A DNA stretch of 37,315 nt from a virus (IMGVR_UViG_3300034945_000003:1-37315); one strand, 5' to 3'; positions 15,914 through 25,914 are shown, counted from the first letter of the stretch. Program-made: numbers and translations. Notes: generated from the sequence alone by a model not told the origin.

Positions 15914-17985
15914 ATGAAAAATTAACAGTAGGAGAACTCGTATACAAAATCTCTGGTGACATGGATAACCTTAAGACTGAGCTAAAGAAATCTGAAGCTG
16001 AGGTGGGTAAGCTTAAGGACTCAATGGAAAAGACAACAGCCACTACAGCGAAGATGGGGAAGCAGACAGAGAGTACTGCTGTATCTGTGTTCAAGGGTGT
16101 AGCTGCTTATGATCTTCTTAAAGTCGGTATTCAGAAAGTCGGGCAATTCTTAAAAGAAAGTGTACAGGCAAGTCTAGATGCTGAGAGAGGTCTTGCTCAG
16201 ACTAAAACTAACATTGAGAACGCAGGCTTTGCCTATGAGGATCTTGCTGACACTATCGAGGAATCAAATAATAAAGTAAAAGGGCTTGGCTTTGATGATG
16301 AAGATGGACAGTTGCTCTCTCGCCTTGTTCTTGTTACTAAGGACATGACACAGGCTCAGGCTCTTCTTAATCTTTCTATGGATCTAGCAAGGTCTAAGGG
16401 TATCTCTCTTGCTGATGCTACTAAGGCCATCACTCTAGTAACTCAGGGGAATAACAGAGTGCTTAAAGAGTATGGTATTAATTTGGATGATACAGCTTCT
16501 ATAGCAGATCAGCTTACAGCAGCTCAGGACAAACTTAAAGGGTCTGCTACAAGTTACGCTAATACAGTACAAGGTCAGTTAGATATTCAAAATGAGAAGT
16601 GGAAAGACTTGAAAGAAAATGTGGGTAACAGACTTCAGCCTGTACTTTTGAAATTCTTTGATTTTGTAGAAACTAATCAGGCTTCTATTAATACGCTCAT
16701 GGAAGCTTTTGTTAGCACACTAGAGATAGTTATTTTCACAGTAGGAAAGCTCACTCAATTCTTTAATGTAGCTTACAACTCTCTTAAGTCTCTTGCTGGG
16801 CTTATTGAGGGCACTATCGTAAAGTCTATACAACCATTCGTGGCAATTCTTGAAAAGATAGGAGTAGTAAGTGAGGGAACTACAAAGGCTGTAAATGATA
16901 TGGCTGATTCAATGTTTCAATTTTCAAAGGAAAGTGGAGACAAAGCTAATACTGCTATGAGTGTCTTTCTCGGTACAGCACAGGATACTACTAAGGCAAG
17001 TTCAAAGCTTGGAGCAACTATAGATGATACTAGTGAGGCTCTTAAGAAAATAGGTGGAGCTTCAAAGAAATCTGAAGAAGATATTAAGAGTGCTAAGCAA
17101 GCGCTCGAGGACTTTCAGAATAAGATGGTAGAGACTATTGATAAAGCAAAAGAGGTCAGACTATCACTTGAAAAAGATTTAGGAAATACTTTTAGTGAGT
17201 TCGCTACTTCTGTTAAAGATAATTTCAAAGAGACTACTGAAACTCTAGCTAAGTTCGTAGTGGATGCTGAAGCAAAGAAAAAAGAATTAGAACAGCAGCT
17301 TTCACTTTCTACTGATGCAAAAGAGCAAGAGGATTTGAGAAAGCAAATAGCAGATCAGCAATCCATCCTCTCTTCTAGAGTGGGCTTTGAAGATCGCCAA
17401 AGTGCACGCATAGCAGAGATAAGAAAGAAATTGGAAGATGCAGGTATCGATGCTTCTAAGGCAGGACTTGAGGCTCTTGTTACTACAAAGACTCTAGAAC
17501 AACAGATACAAGAAGAGAGAGCTAATGCACAGCTCAATGAATTCCAGTTGTTTGAGCAGAATCAAGCTCAGAAGCTAGTAATACTCACAGACTCACTTAT
17601 TGCTGAAGTAGGGCTTCTTAAGTCAAAAATTGAGACACAACAGCAATATGAGACTGAGCTTACTCTTTTCCTCTCTTCAGAGGAAGCAAAGCGCCTAAAG
17701 AACACTGAAGCCTGGGCAAAGAGTACTATGGCCAAGTACAAGGAAGTGGCTCAGAGCCTACAGAATTTCCTCTCACTTAAAGCAAGGCTAGAGCAACTTA
17801 GCTCTGATACTCTTGCTCCTGTAAATGCTTCATCAAGCGCATCTATACCGGCTTCAAACAGCTCTGCTACAACTACAAATAACAGGACCGTAAATGCTCC
17901 TGTGAATATCAATGTACAAGCTAAAGATAATCTCGATCTCAAGGCTCTCTCTCGTGAGATGAGTTTTGAAATAAGTAGGCTATAA
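15910..17985 (+). CDS. tail tape measure protein
   Basis: TVGELVYKISGD start, long helical A/K/E/L-rich sequence, position. Confidence 0.9.
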   Translation: MNEKLTVGELVYKISGDMDNLKTELKKSEAEVGKLKDSMEKTTATTAKMGKQTESTAVSVFKGVAAYDLLKVGIQKVGQFLKESVQASLDAERGLAQTKTNIENAGFAYEDLADTIEESNNKVKGLGFDDEDGQLLSRLVLVTKDMTQAQALLNLSMDLARSKGISLADATKAITLVTQGNNRVLKEYGINLDDTASIADQLTAAQDKLKGSATSYANTVQGQLDIQNEKWKDLKENVGNRLQPVLLKFFDFVETNQASINTLMEAFVSTLEIVIFTVGKLTQFFNVAYNSLKSLAGLIEGTIVKSIQPFVAILEKIGVVSEGTTKAVNDMADSMFQFSKESGDKANTAMSVFLGTAQDTTKASSKLGATIDDTSEALKKIGGASKKSEEDIKSAKQALEDFQNKMVETIDKAKEVRLSLEKDLGNTFSEFATSVKDNFKETTETLAKFVVDAEAKKKELEQQLSLSTDAKEQEDLRKQIADQQSILSSRVGFEDRQSARIAEIRKKLEDAGIDASKAGLEALVTTKTLEQQIQEERANAQLNEFQLFEQNQAQKLVILTDSLIAEVGLLKSKIETQQQYETELTLFLSSEEAKRLKNTEAWAKSTMAKYKEVAQSLQNFLSLKARLEQLSSDTLAPVNASSSASIPASNSSATTTNNRTVNAPVNINVQAKDNLDLKALSREMSFEISRL

Positions 17986-17992
17986 TATATTT

Positions 17993-18925
17993 ATGATAGG
18001 TACTCAATTCACTCTTACAAACAAAGCAGATCCTACACGCACTATTGTTCTAAACGATCACAGCTCGGATAACTTTGTAGCGCTTCAAGCTTATCCTACA
18101 TTCGATCTAGATGTTAGAAATGATGAGATAGCAAAAGAGGGTCAGCATGGTATTTGGGACTTCTTTTCTTTCTATGGAAAGAGACTCATAACTTTTGAGG
18201 GGGTTATTGTAGGAGAGACTGAGGCAGATGTACACACTCTCAAGGAGACTCTTCAACAGATCACAGAGCTTCCTGTACAGCCAACAACAGGAGATGATGG
18301 AACAGTTATTATCTCCTGGACAGATCCTCTAGGGAGAGATGTACAGACAGAAGCAAAGATAGCTACTTCAATAAGATTCAGTCGTGCAATGAGAGAGACA
18401 TACAAGCTTGATTTTATTCTTACTCTCAAATCAGCCAACTCAATGATAGAATCTCAAGAGCTTATCTTAGAGAATGGCCTTAGAGGGTATCCACTCGCAG
18501 GGCTTACTTTACCTTTCACTCTTCCTGATCTTCTCTCCACAACTCTTGTAAATAAATTCAATGTAGAAAATGATGGGACAACAGTCGCAGATATTACTTT
18601 CACAATGTATGGAAGTGCTAACAGAACAATTAATAATCCTGTATTCACTAACCTTACTACAGGAAATTTCATTCAGATAAATACTGTTCTTGCAGATGAG
18701 ACAGAATATGTAACAGTAGATACTCGCACAGGAACAATAGTAGATCAAGACGGAAATGATATGAGTGGATTACTAGAGACAGGTAGTAGCTTCCCTAGAC
18801 TTGCTATAGGTGTGAATGAAATACTTTACACATCAGATGAAAGTACTGGTCCTGATAGTCCTCCTGTTACTCATGTAGAGCCGGATGAAATTGTAGAGAC
18901 AGAACACAGAGATGCAATTATCTAA
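17993..18925 (+). CDS. distal tail (Dit-like) protein
   Basis: YGKRLITFEG, NDGTTVA, NPVFTNLTTG, LAIGVNEI; follows TMP. Confidence 0.8.
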   Translation: MIGTQFTLTNKADPTRTIVLNDHSSDNFVALQAYPTFDLDVRNDEIAKEGQHGIWDFFSFYGKRLITFEGVIVGETEADVHTLKETLQQITELPVQPTTGDDGTVIISWTDPLGRDVQTEAKIATSIRFSRAMRETYKLDFILTLKSANSMIESQELILENGLRGYPLAGLTLPFTLPDLLSTTLVNKFNVENDGTTVADITFTMYGSANRTINNPVFTNLTTGNFIQINTVLADETEYVTVDTRTGTIVDQDGNDMSGLLETGSSFPRLAIGVNEILYTSDESTGPDSPPVTHVEPDEIVETEHRDAII

Positions 18926-18927
18926 AT

Positions 18928-19983
18928 ATGAGAATCAAAATCTACACAAAAGAATATACTCCACTTACAACTCTTTTTCAGTCTCGCTCAGCTTCAGATT
19001 ATAATACTCTCTCATATCGAGAGACTTTGAATCAGGTAGGAGATGCTTCTTTTACTATGAGGCTAGACAGTGAGAAAGCAACTGAAGAAAATCTCAAGCA
19101 CTATAACATAGTAGAGATTACTGAAGAGGATGATACTCCTAGATGGGTAGGTGTTATCGTCTACAAAAGAATTCTTTTCAATACTGTGAATGTTACTTGC
19201 TATAGTCTTATGCACTTACTTACTAAGAGACTTACCCCTGATGCTGATGCGCACAATGACACAGCCGGAGCAATAGCTACTGATCTTCTTTCTACCACAA
19301 ACGGATTACTTGATACTGAGATAGTAGCAGGAACTTTGAACGATCCTACTGCTGTACAAATAACTTTCAACAGAGCAACTGTCTATGAGGCTCTTAAGAG
19401 TTTATCTGAAGCTTCAGGTGGACAATTTAGAATTAACCCGGACAGGACTCTAGACTTCAAAGCTTCAATAGGAACGGACAAGTCAGCAAGTGTAATTCTT
19501 CAGTATCGGATAGAGCTTATAGCTGCTTCAAACATTCTTACATTCCAAGTAGAAGATGATGCTAAGAGCATAGTAACGAGGACATACGGATTCTCAGATC
19601 CTCTCTCTTCAGATGAAGAGGATCTAACACTCTCAGGAGAGTATGGATTACTAGAGCAGTATAAAAACTTCAGAGAGATAAACGATCAGCCTACTCTAGA
19701 TGGAAGTACAGCCGAGAATAATAAGGGTCCGGCTCTTTCTCCACTTCTTAATCTATCCCCTGATGTAGAAGATACTTTTGATGTAGGAGATACTGTGAAA
19801 GTTATCCTTAGGAATCGTCTAGTAGAGATTAATGACAACTACCAAGTAACAGAAAAGACAGTCAAAATTCAAGGTGGAAATCAAAGGGAGATCAGCTTGA
19901 GAGTCATCAGTAATCCACCAGACTTTTTCTCTCAAATAAAAGATATTAAGAGTTCTGTGGATTTATTAGTGCGTGAAGTGTAA
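18928..19983 (+). CDS. baseplate hub/Tal-like minor tail protein
   Basis: ETLNQVGDASF, FDVGDTVKV motifs; position. Confidence 0.7.
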   Translation: MRIKIYTKEYTPLTTLFQSRSASDYNTLSYRETLNQVGDASFTMRLDSEKATEENLKHYNIVEITEEDDTPRWVGVIVYKRILFNTVNVTCYSLMHLLTKRLTPDADAHNDTAGAIATDLLSTTNGLLDTEIVAGTLNDPTAVQITFNRATVYEALKSLSEASGGQFRINPDRTLDFKASIGTDKSASVILQYRIELIAASNILTFQVEDDAKSIVTRTYGFSDPLSSDEEDLTLSGEYGLLEQYKNFREINDQPTLDGSTAENNKGPALSPLLNLSPDVEDTFDVGDTVKVILRNRLVEINDNYQVTEKTVKIQGGNQREISLRVISNPPDFFSQIKDIKSSVDLLVREV

Positions 19984-20003
19984 AATGGTGGTATCATAAA
20001 AGC

Positions 20004-22460
20004 ATGTCAACAAGAGTATTTTTTATAAATTCGGATACAACATTATACGGAGAGGAAGAGCTTAACTCACTTCCTAAATTTCTTTTTAATCAAGGTGTCT
20101 TAAATACTCTCGGAACTTCTTGGGAGGACTGGGTAGATAATGGCGATCTAAAGGTTACAGAAAGAGGTGCTGGGGCTAATATGTCAGTAGATGTAAGCGC
20201 TGGGTGGGCGCTTATAGAGACAGTAAGGAACTCTCTTACTTTTAAGGTTTTCTGTCAGAATCTTGCTACTGTGAATCTTCCTATCACAGCTAACTCATCA
20301 GGTTTAAATCGTATAGATGCGATCATCATGCGAGTAGATAGAAGTGCGGAGCCGAATCTCCTTGCAAATAATATTGTAACTATGGAAGTTGTGCTTGGGG
20401 ATGGTGCTACTCCACTTTCAGATGGAGATATTACTACTGCTATAGGAAGTGATGACTTTGTTCGCCTTGCAGATATTACTGTACCCGATTCTACTCCTGA
20501 TATTACAACTGGAGATATTGCAGATACTCGTGTAAGAGCTTCAACAAATAATGTTTTCTCAGTTGCTCCTGAAGTAATCGAGATCCAAGTACTCTCAGCA
20601 GATCCTACCAACCTTGTAGAGGGAATGGTTTGGTTTAATTCAACAACTCATACACTGAATATGTACAATGGCTCAACCATCAAAGAACTTGGTGGAGCAG
20701 CCGCTTTTCTAGCAGGGGATGATGCGACTGTTGACGGAACTGATCAGGTGCAAGCTGTAGTAGATGCTACTCGTGCAGTTGGTGAGGCAAATGCTACTAC
20801 AAAAAATAATAAACTTGCTCAGTCTTTTACAGCAGGAAAAACATCTTTAGTAGGAGTAAAACTTTATAAGCAAGCAGACACAGGTACTTTTACTGGATCA
20901 GTTACAGTAGAAATTTATGCTTCTTCAGGTGGTAATCCAACAGGCTCAGCGCTAGCGACTGTAACCATCACAAATGCAGAGTGGTTGAAAATTGGAGTAG
21001 GAGAATTTACTGCTACTTTTGCTTCGCCTTATGTTGCCGGTATTGCAACTATTTATCATATTCAAATTAGTACTTCTACATCAGATAACTCTAATCATCC
21101 TAATCTCGGAACTAACTCAGCAGGTGGGTATGCTTCAGGATCTACTAAGTTCTGGAACGTTACTGACGGGTGGACAGCTATCTCAACTATCGATCTATAC
21201 TTTAAGACTCTTACAACAAAAGTAAATAAAGTTGTACAAACTAATAGTAATGGAAAAGTAGATGATGAGCTTCTTCCTTTCACATTAAATTCTTATCCTA
21301 TGGGTGAGGCTTTTACAGGAGCAACGACTCCACAGCCAGCCGTTCTAATTAACGATTTAGAACAAACTATTATGGATAACGTTCTTGCTTTCGGAGCTGC
21401 TGGATCTCCTAGAGTTGCTTGTAAAATTGTACCTCGCCAAAGCTGTACTATTGATAGAGTTGTAGGGCTTCTTTACAGGACAACAGATCCAGGAACAAAC
21501 CTCTCTGTAGAAATTCAGACTAACAACGCAGGAGTGCCTAGTGATACTCCGATAACAAACGGTACTTCTGTTACTATTGCTACATCTACAGTTACAAATC
21601 AAGAATTTAGATACCAGAACTTTACATTTTCAACACCACCAACTCTCTATGCCGGTGTTACATATTGGTTAGTTTTTAAGACTTCAGCAACAAACGCAAA
21701 CCAAATAACAGCACCATCACTTACACACGCAAAGAAGTATGCAAGTTTTGTTGGAGCATCACACAACGGAAGTGCTTGGTCTGCTAATCAGCCTATTCCT
21801 TACTTTGAAATGATATGTGCTACTGGTGGATCAAAGTCTCTATGGGTGGCAGATGGTAATGGGGTAGAGCCTATAAGTGGCGCTGATGGTTTTGTTATAA
21901 ATAGTGGTAATGCAGGTGATTATGCAAAATTCAAAGCTTTTGGTAATGTGCCAGGATTCACAAACTTAAATTACGGGTCTGATTACTACCTGTCGAACAC
22001 AGCAGGAACTATCACTTTAGTTAAAGGTGAAGGGATGTTTCTCGGTACAGCAATCTCTACAACTGAGTTATCTGTACCAGTTAGTAAAATAAAACCAGTA
22101 AACTCACGATATGCAGGTGTATTTCTAATGGGTACAAATACTCAAATGTTTAGTGTCCCTCACTATGCTAGAGAGGATGGATTCTTTATGTTTACTGGAA
22201 ATGTATCTCCTAAAAACAGTACTCCTGTTGTCATCTATACATGGACCTGTACCTCTTATGCAAATGCTACTAACCCTATTAGTGTAAATACGAATCAGTG
22301 GGAAATGGCACGTAGTATCTCTAACGCAAACTCTGCTTCTTCTGCAAGTATGACTATACCGGTTAAGAAAGGGGATAGAGTTCAGTGGGGATCTTCAGCT
22401 TGGGCAGGTGCCGGTACTAACCCTGGACTAGATCAAGTTTTCTTTAGAGGAAAAAATTAA
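20004..22460 (+). CDS. tail fibre / receptor-binding protein
   Basis: N-terminal MSVDVSAGWA..NRIDAI..LADITVP..IADTR anchor; T/S/G/N-rich beta domains. Confidence 0.8.
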   Translation: MSTRVFFINSDTTLYGEEELNSLPKFLFNQGVLNTLGTSWEDWVDNGDLKVTERGAGANMSVDVSAGWALIETVRNSLTFKVFCQNLATVNLPITANSSGLNRIDAIIMRVDRSAEPNLLANNIVTMEVVLGDGATPLSDGDITTAIGSDDFVRLADITVPDSTPDITTGDIADTRVRASTNNVFSVAPEVIEIQVLSADPTNLVEGMVWFNSTTHTLNMYNGSTIKELGGAAAFLAGDDATVDGTDQVQAVVDATRAVGEANATTKNNKLAQSFTAGKTSLVGVKLYKQADTGTFTGSVTVEIYASSGGNPTGSALATVTITNAEWLKIGVGEFTATFASPYVAGIATIYHIQISTSTSDNSNHPNLGTNSAGGYASGSTKFWNVTDGWTAISTIDLYFKTLTTKVNKVVQTNSNGKVDDELLPFTLNSYPMGEAFTGATTPQPAVLINDLEQTIMDNVLAFGAAGSPRVACKIVPRQSCTIDRVVGLLYRTTDPGTNLSVEIQTNNAGVPSDTPITNGTSVTIATSTVTNQEFRYQNFTFSTPPTLYAGVTYWLVFKTSATNANQITAPSLTHAKKYASFVGASHNGSAWSANQPIPYFEMICATGGSKSLWVADGNGVEPISGADGFVINSGNAGDYAKFKAFGNVPGFTNLNYGSDYYLSNTAGTITLVKGEGMFLGTAISTTELSVPVSKIKPVNSRYAGVFLMGTNTQMFSVPHYAREDGFFMFTGNVSPKNSTPVVIYTWTCTSYANATNPISVNTNQWEMARSISNANSASSASMTIPVKKGDRVQWGSSAWAGAGTNPGLDQVFFRGKN

Positions 22461-22464
22461 TTAT

Positions 22465-22860
22465 ATGGAAAATTTAATCTCCAGTCTTCCTTTCGGAAAT
22501 TACATAGTCGGGATAGTAATCATAGCGCTAGGTACTTCAGCCGCTATTTATATGGTAGATGCTTACAGAGACAAGAAGAAAGTAAGTCAAGACAAGACTG
22601 ATGATCGTCTTATAATTCTACTTCAGCAGACAGTCAGTGAACTAGAGAAAAAAGTAAATAAGCAAACTAAAGATATTTCTGATCTTACTGATAAAGTAGA
22701 GTCTCTAGAAAAAGATAATGAGAGGCTTGTGAAGATTCTACAAGGTAGAGACTCACAGACACAGGAGTATTACAAGCAAGCTTTTGAGTCTATGAAGATA
22801 GGGAGAGAGACAAATGAATTAATGAAGAAACTTATTGAAATCTTAACAACAAAAAAATAA
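22465..22860 (+). CDS. membrane-anchored coiled-coil protein (holin-like/lysis accessory)
   Basis: One TM segment (YIVGIVIIALGTSAAIYMV) plus heptad repeats; upstream of the endolysin. Confidence 0.6.
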   Translation: MENLISSLPFGNYIVGIVIIALGTSAAIYMVDAYRDKKKVSQDKTDDRLIILLQQTVSELEKKVNKQTKDISDLTDKVESLEKDNERLVKILQGRDSQTQEYYKQAFESMKIGRETNELMKKLIEILTTKK

Positions 22861-22862
22861 CT

Positions 22863-23909
22863 ATGAATGAAGATACTCTACATCTAGGCGCCAATATAGA
22901 TACTCGTGATATTGAAGCAAGAGATAAAGACTACAAGATGCACGAACTGGTAGCATCTTTTGATCCTGTAAATTGGATAGAGAAGTCTCAAGATCAGTGG
23001 AGAAGATTCCCTATCTTTAATCAAGATGGCTCAGGCTCTTGTGTTGCTCAGACTGTAGCTAAGATGATGGGAATTATGTACTGGATTATTAATAAAGTCT
23101 ATGTACACTTCTCAGCTACTCACGTATATCAACGAAGAGACAACAAGCCAAATCCAGGAATGGGTGGAGTAAATGCTCTTGTTATAGCAGGAGAGGGGGT
23201 AACTCTTGAAGAGCTTGTACCTAGTCAGAATATGAGTGATGCTGAAATGGATGGAGTAGTTATTCCAGACTACAAGAAAAAAGTGGGGGAAGTATTTAAG
23301 GCTGGTAAATTTGTACAACCAGTAATAAAAGATATTGATGCTATTGCTTCAATTATTCAAAAAACAGGCAAGCCTGTAATGGTGTGGTTTTACTTCACAC
23401 TTCCTGAGTGGACTGAGAAGCCTTACATTATTGATTCTAATCTTGATCTAAATGCTCAAGCTACAGCTAGACACTCTGTAACTGCTGTAGATTTTGCTTT
23501 AGTGAATGGAGAGAAGTGTCTTATTATTGATGATTCATGGGGAAGCTCTTATGGAAAGAATGGACAAAGAGTAATTACTGAGAAATTCTTTAAGGCTCGT
23601 AACTGGTTTGCTGCTTACTTTATTAATTTCAAATTTGAAGAGGGTACAACAGATAAGCCTACATACTTCTTCAGTAAAGTTCTTTCATATAATCCTAAGA
23701 CTCCTGTGTCTTATGGAGACAAAGATACAATAGCTTTACAAGATGCTCTAAAATATCTAGGACTCTTCCCAGTGAATGTGGAATCAACTGGCTACTTTGG
23801 TCCTGCTACAAAGTCGGCTGTAATAAAATTCCAGGCTAAGTATGGTATACCTCAGACTGGAACAGTAGCAGAAATTACTAATGCAAAACTTAATAGCTTA
23901 TTTAATTAA
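22863..23909 (+). CDS. putative endolysin: papain-like cysteine peptidase plus C-terminal peptidoglycan-binding domain
   Basis: NQDGSGSCVA (Q,C), RHSVTAV (H), IIDDSWG; LQDALKYLG..GYFGPATKSAVIKFQAKYGI..TG PG-binding motif. Confidence 0.8.
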   Translation: MNEDTLHLGANIDTRDIEARDKDYKMHELVASFDPVNWIEKSQDQWRRFPIFNQDGSGSCVAQTVAKMMGIMYWIINKVYVHFSATHVYQRRDNKPNPGMGGVNALVIAGEGVTLEELVPSQNMSDAEMDGVVIPDYKKKVGEVFKAGKFVQPVIKDIDAIASIIQKTGKPVMVWFYFTLPEWTEKPYIIDSNLDLNAQATARHSVTAVDFALVNGEKCLIIDDSWGSSYGKNGQRVITEKFFKARNWFAAYFINFKFEEGTTDKPTYFFSKVLSYNPKTPVSYGDKDTIALQDALKYLGLFPVNVESTGYFGPATKSAVIKFQAKYGIPQTGTVAEITNAKLNSLFN

Positions 23910-23913
23910 TTTT

Positions 23914-24222
23914 ATGAATACACTCTCTCTTGTTTTTAAGTGGTTAGCGGTATCTTCTAAAGATCCTAAGCGAGTATCTCTCATGGTGAAAGGTATCTTA
24001 ACAGCTACCATCACTTATTTAGGACTTGCTTCAGGAATCTTCAACTTTGATTTTCCTACAGATCAGGCTCAGAGTATTGCTGACAATGTAGTATTTTTTG
24101 TGAATATTCTCTTCACTTTAATCTCCTATGGAATAGCTGCTTACTCAGCATGGGCTACTGTATGGGGATCAATAAGAAAGTTCTACAGAACTATTACAGG
24201 AACAAACGAAGCATTGAAGTAG
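23914..24222 (+). CDS. putative holin
   Basis: Two hydrophobic segments, basic C-terminus, SSKDPKRVSLMVKG; follows the endolysin. Confidence 0.65.
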   Translation: MNTLSLVFKWLAVSSKDPKRVSLMVKGILTATITYLGLASGIFNFDFPTDQAQSIADNVVFFVNILFTLISYGIAAYSAWATVWGSIRKFYRTITGTNEALK

Positions 24223-24258
24223 ACTCCTAGCTTCTCCTGTGGCTTGAAATTCAGCATC

Positions 24259-24281
24259 AGAGACGATTAATCGTCTCTTTT
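24259..24281 (+). terminator. terminator ending the late operon
   Basis: Perfect 20-bp palindrome AGAGACGATTAATCGTCTCT followed by TTT. Confidence 0.7.
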
Positions 24282-24336
24282 GTATACTATCCGTCCTTTT
24301 AAGGAATCAAGCACTTCCTAGCTCAATTTTGAGCCT

Positions 24337-24500
24337 CGTTTCATGTGAAAAGTAATAACCATTATACACTTTACTAGGACGTATATGACATCGTTACTAG
24401 GACAAATCTGTCCAACTTTTCCTTTTACTCTATATATATAATAATAATAAATTAATAAGAGATAATGTGAGGAATTGATTTTTTTAATTCTTAAAGATTT
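24337..24500. other. putative replication origin region
   Basis: TTACTAGGAC x2 (24371, 24394), inverted repeat GGACAaatcTGTCC (24400-24413), adjacent very AT-rich tract; upstream of the initiator gene. Confidence 0.45.
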
Positions 24501-24516
24501 TACTGATCTATTTAGA

Positions 24517-24563
24517 GTTACGCACAGGCAAATATTATATATGACTCTCGGATAGGGTATAAT
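24517..24563 (+). promoter_or_regulatory. GTTACGCACA-box promoter, copy 1
   Basis: GTTACGCACA at 24517; TATAAT at 24558. Confidence 0.7.
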
Positions 24564-24593
24564 CTTACAAGGGCAGAATTACAGCATCTAAAC

Positions 24594-24947
24594 ATGACAC
24601 AACAGCAAACAAGAAAATCAACCTTAATAACCACTTTCACAGGAGATATTTATATAATCTATGACAAGACTCCTGATGAAATAATGCAAGCGATAGAGCA
24701 TGTAGATATGGTAACAATGCCGAATGGATCTCGAATCCATAAAAAGTCTTTCTCATCTCTTCAGAGTTACGAAGACTATACTTTTCAAACAGAGCAGAAA
24801 GCTCGACATAAGAAAGGGCAGTATTTGAGAAATGGTGAGTGGAATGATAATCAAGGTCCGTTAGGAATAAAAGCAGAGCTAGAGAGAATCACAGGGACTC
24901 TTCCTAGTCTTGAATCTTCAAAGACTAAACAATTAACAACTTCTTAA
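24594..24947 (+). CDS. hypothetical protein
   Basis: First ORF after the promoter; carries the ACAGCA...ATGACA leader. Confidence 0.75.
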   Translation: MTQQQTRKSTLITTFTGDIYIIYDKTPDEIMQAIEHVDMVTMPNGSRIHKKSFSSLQSYEDYTFQTEQKARHKKGQYLRNGEWNDNQGPLGIKAELERITGTLPSLESSKTKQLTTS

Positions 24948-24948
24948 T

Positions 24949-25908
24949 ATGATTAAAAAATGTAAACTCTGTGAAGTCGAGGAATCAGAAGAAATACTTT
25001 TTCATAAGCATCACATCAAACAAAGGAAAGAAGGTGGAGATGATTCAAAAGAAAATTTAATAGATATTTGCAATGACTGTCATTATGCGATTCATCATCC
25101 TGAGAGAATTGATGGAGAACTGAAAGGATTAGAAAGTGATTACAAAGAGATGATAAGAGTGAATATATTTGCAGATGGTTATGGGGTAGTACCAAACAGA
25201 ATTCTTAGAGATAATAAAATCTCTCACTTTTCAAAAGTACTCTACTCAGAGCTTTCATCTCTCTGTGCTAGTAGAGGATATTGCTGGGCAACTAATGAAT
25301 ACTTTGCACGAGTATTTAAGGTAAGTGTAAGAACAGTAACACGAGCACTCGCAGAATTAGATCCTTATATTGTTATCAGAAATAAGATGAGTCCTAAGCG
25401 ACAGATATGGGTACATACTTTAAGTGGAGTAGAGCCTCGCCCTATAAAAGTTCAAGATAAAAAAAGAGTAGGAGAAAAGGGTTTGAACTCTCCAAAGAAA
25501 AAATCTGAAAAGAAAGTAGCTAAGAAATATCAGTTCACAGCACAAGATACAATGCTTGCTGAATATCTACTCTCAAGGATCTTGTACAACTTCCCTCACT
25601 TCCATAATAAGAAAGTAAACATTGATGAGTGGTCTGATGATATGAGAAAGCTGAGAGAGATCGACAAAGCCACAGCTCAACAGATCCACTTTATGATTAC
25701 ATGGGTACATGGTGGAACTATCGAAGAGAAGAAAGATAGTGATACAGGAAAGGTAACTCCTATGCGAGAGATGAAGCCTAATGAATTTTGGAGTAAGAAT
25801 ATCTTGAGTGCTAGTAAGTTAAGAAAGCAATGGTTTGATAATCTAGTACCACAGCTTCAACAGGATCTTAAGAAAGCAATTCAGAAGTCATCCACAGTAC
25901 AGCTCTAG
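24949..25908 (+). CDS. replication initiator (HTH_36-type) with N-terminal HNH domain
   Basis: CKLC..HHIK..GGDDSKENLIDICNDCHYAIH; VVPNRILRD..KVLYSEL..GYCWATNEYFA..SVRTVTRALAEL; C-terminal FWSKNILSASKLRKQW. Confidence 0.8.
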   Translation: MIKKCKLCEVEESEEILFHKHHIKQRKEGGDDSKENLIDICNDCHYAIHHPERIDGELKGLESDYKEMIRVNIFADGYGVVPNRILRDNKISHFSKVLYSELSSLCASRGYCWATNEYFARVFKVSVRTVTRALAELDPYIVIRNKMSPKRQIWVHTLSGVEPRPIKVQDKKRVGEKGLNSPKKKSEKKVAKKYQFTAQDTMLAEYLLSRILYNFPHFHNKKVNIDEWSDDMRKLREIDKATAQQIHFMITWVHGGTIEEKKDSDTGKVTPMREMKPNEFWSKNILSASKLRKQWFDNLVPQLQQDLKKAIQKSSTVQL

Positions 25909-25914
25909 GATCTC

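Noticed and set aside
9801-21225. Nested + strand ORFs 9801-10010, 11012-11200, 14931-15200 and 21019-21225
   Set aside because: Alternate-frame ORFs fully inside confident genes, all with TTG starts
20004-22460. Diversity-generating retroelement or invertible tail fibre cassette
   Set aside because: No reverse transcriptase or invertase gene, and I saw no template/variable repeat pair
24223-24593. CRISPR array or mini-array in the largest intergenic region
   Set aside because: Only two 10-nt repeats 23 nt apart; no repeat-spacer periodicity and no cas genes
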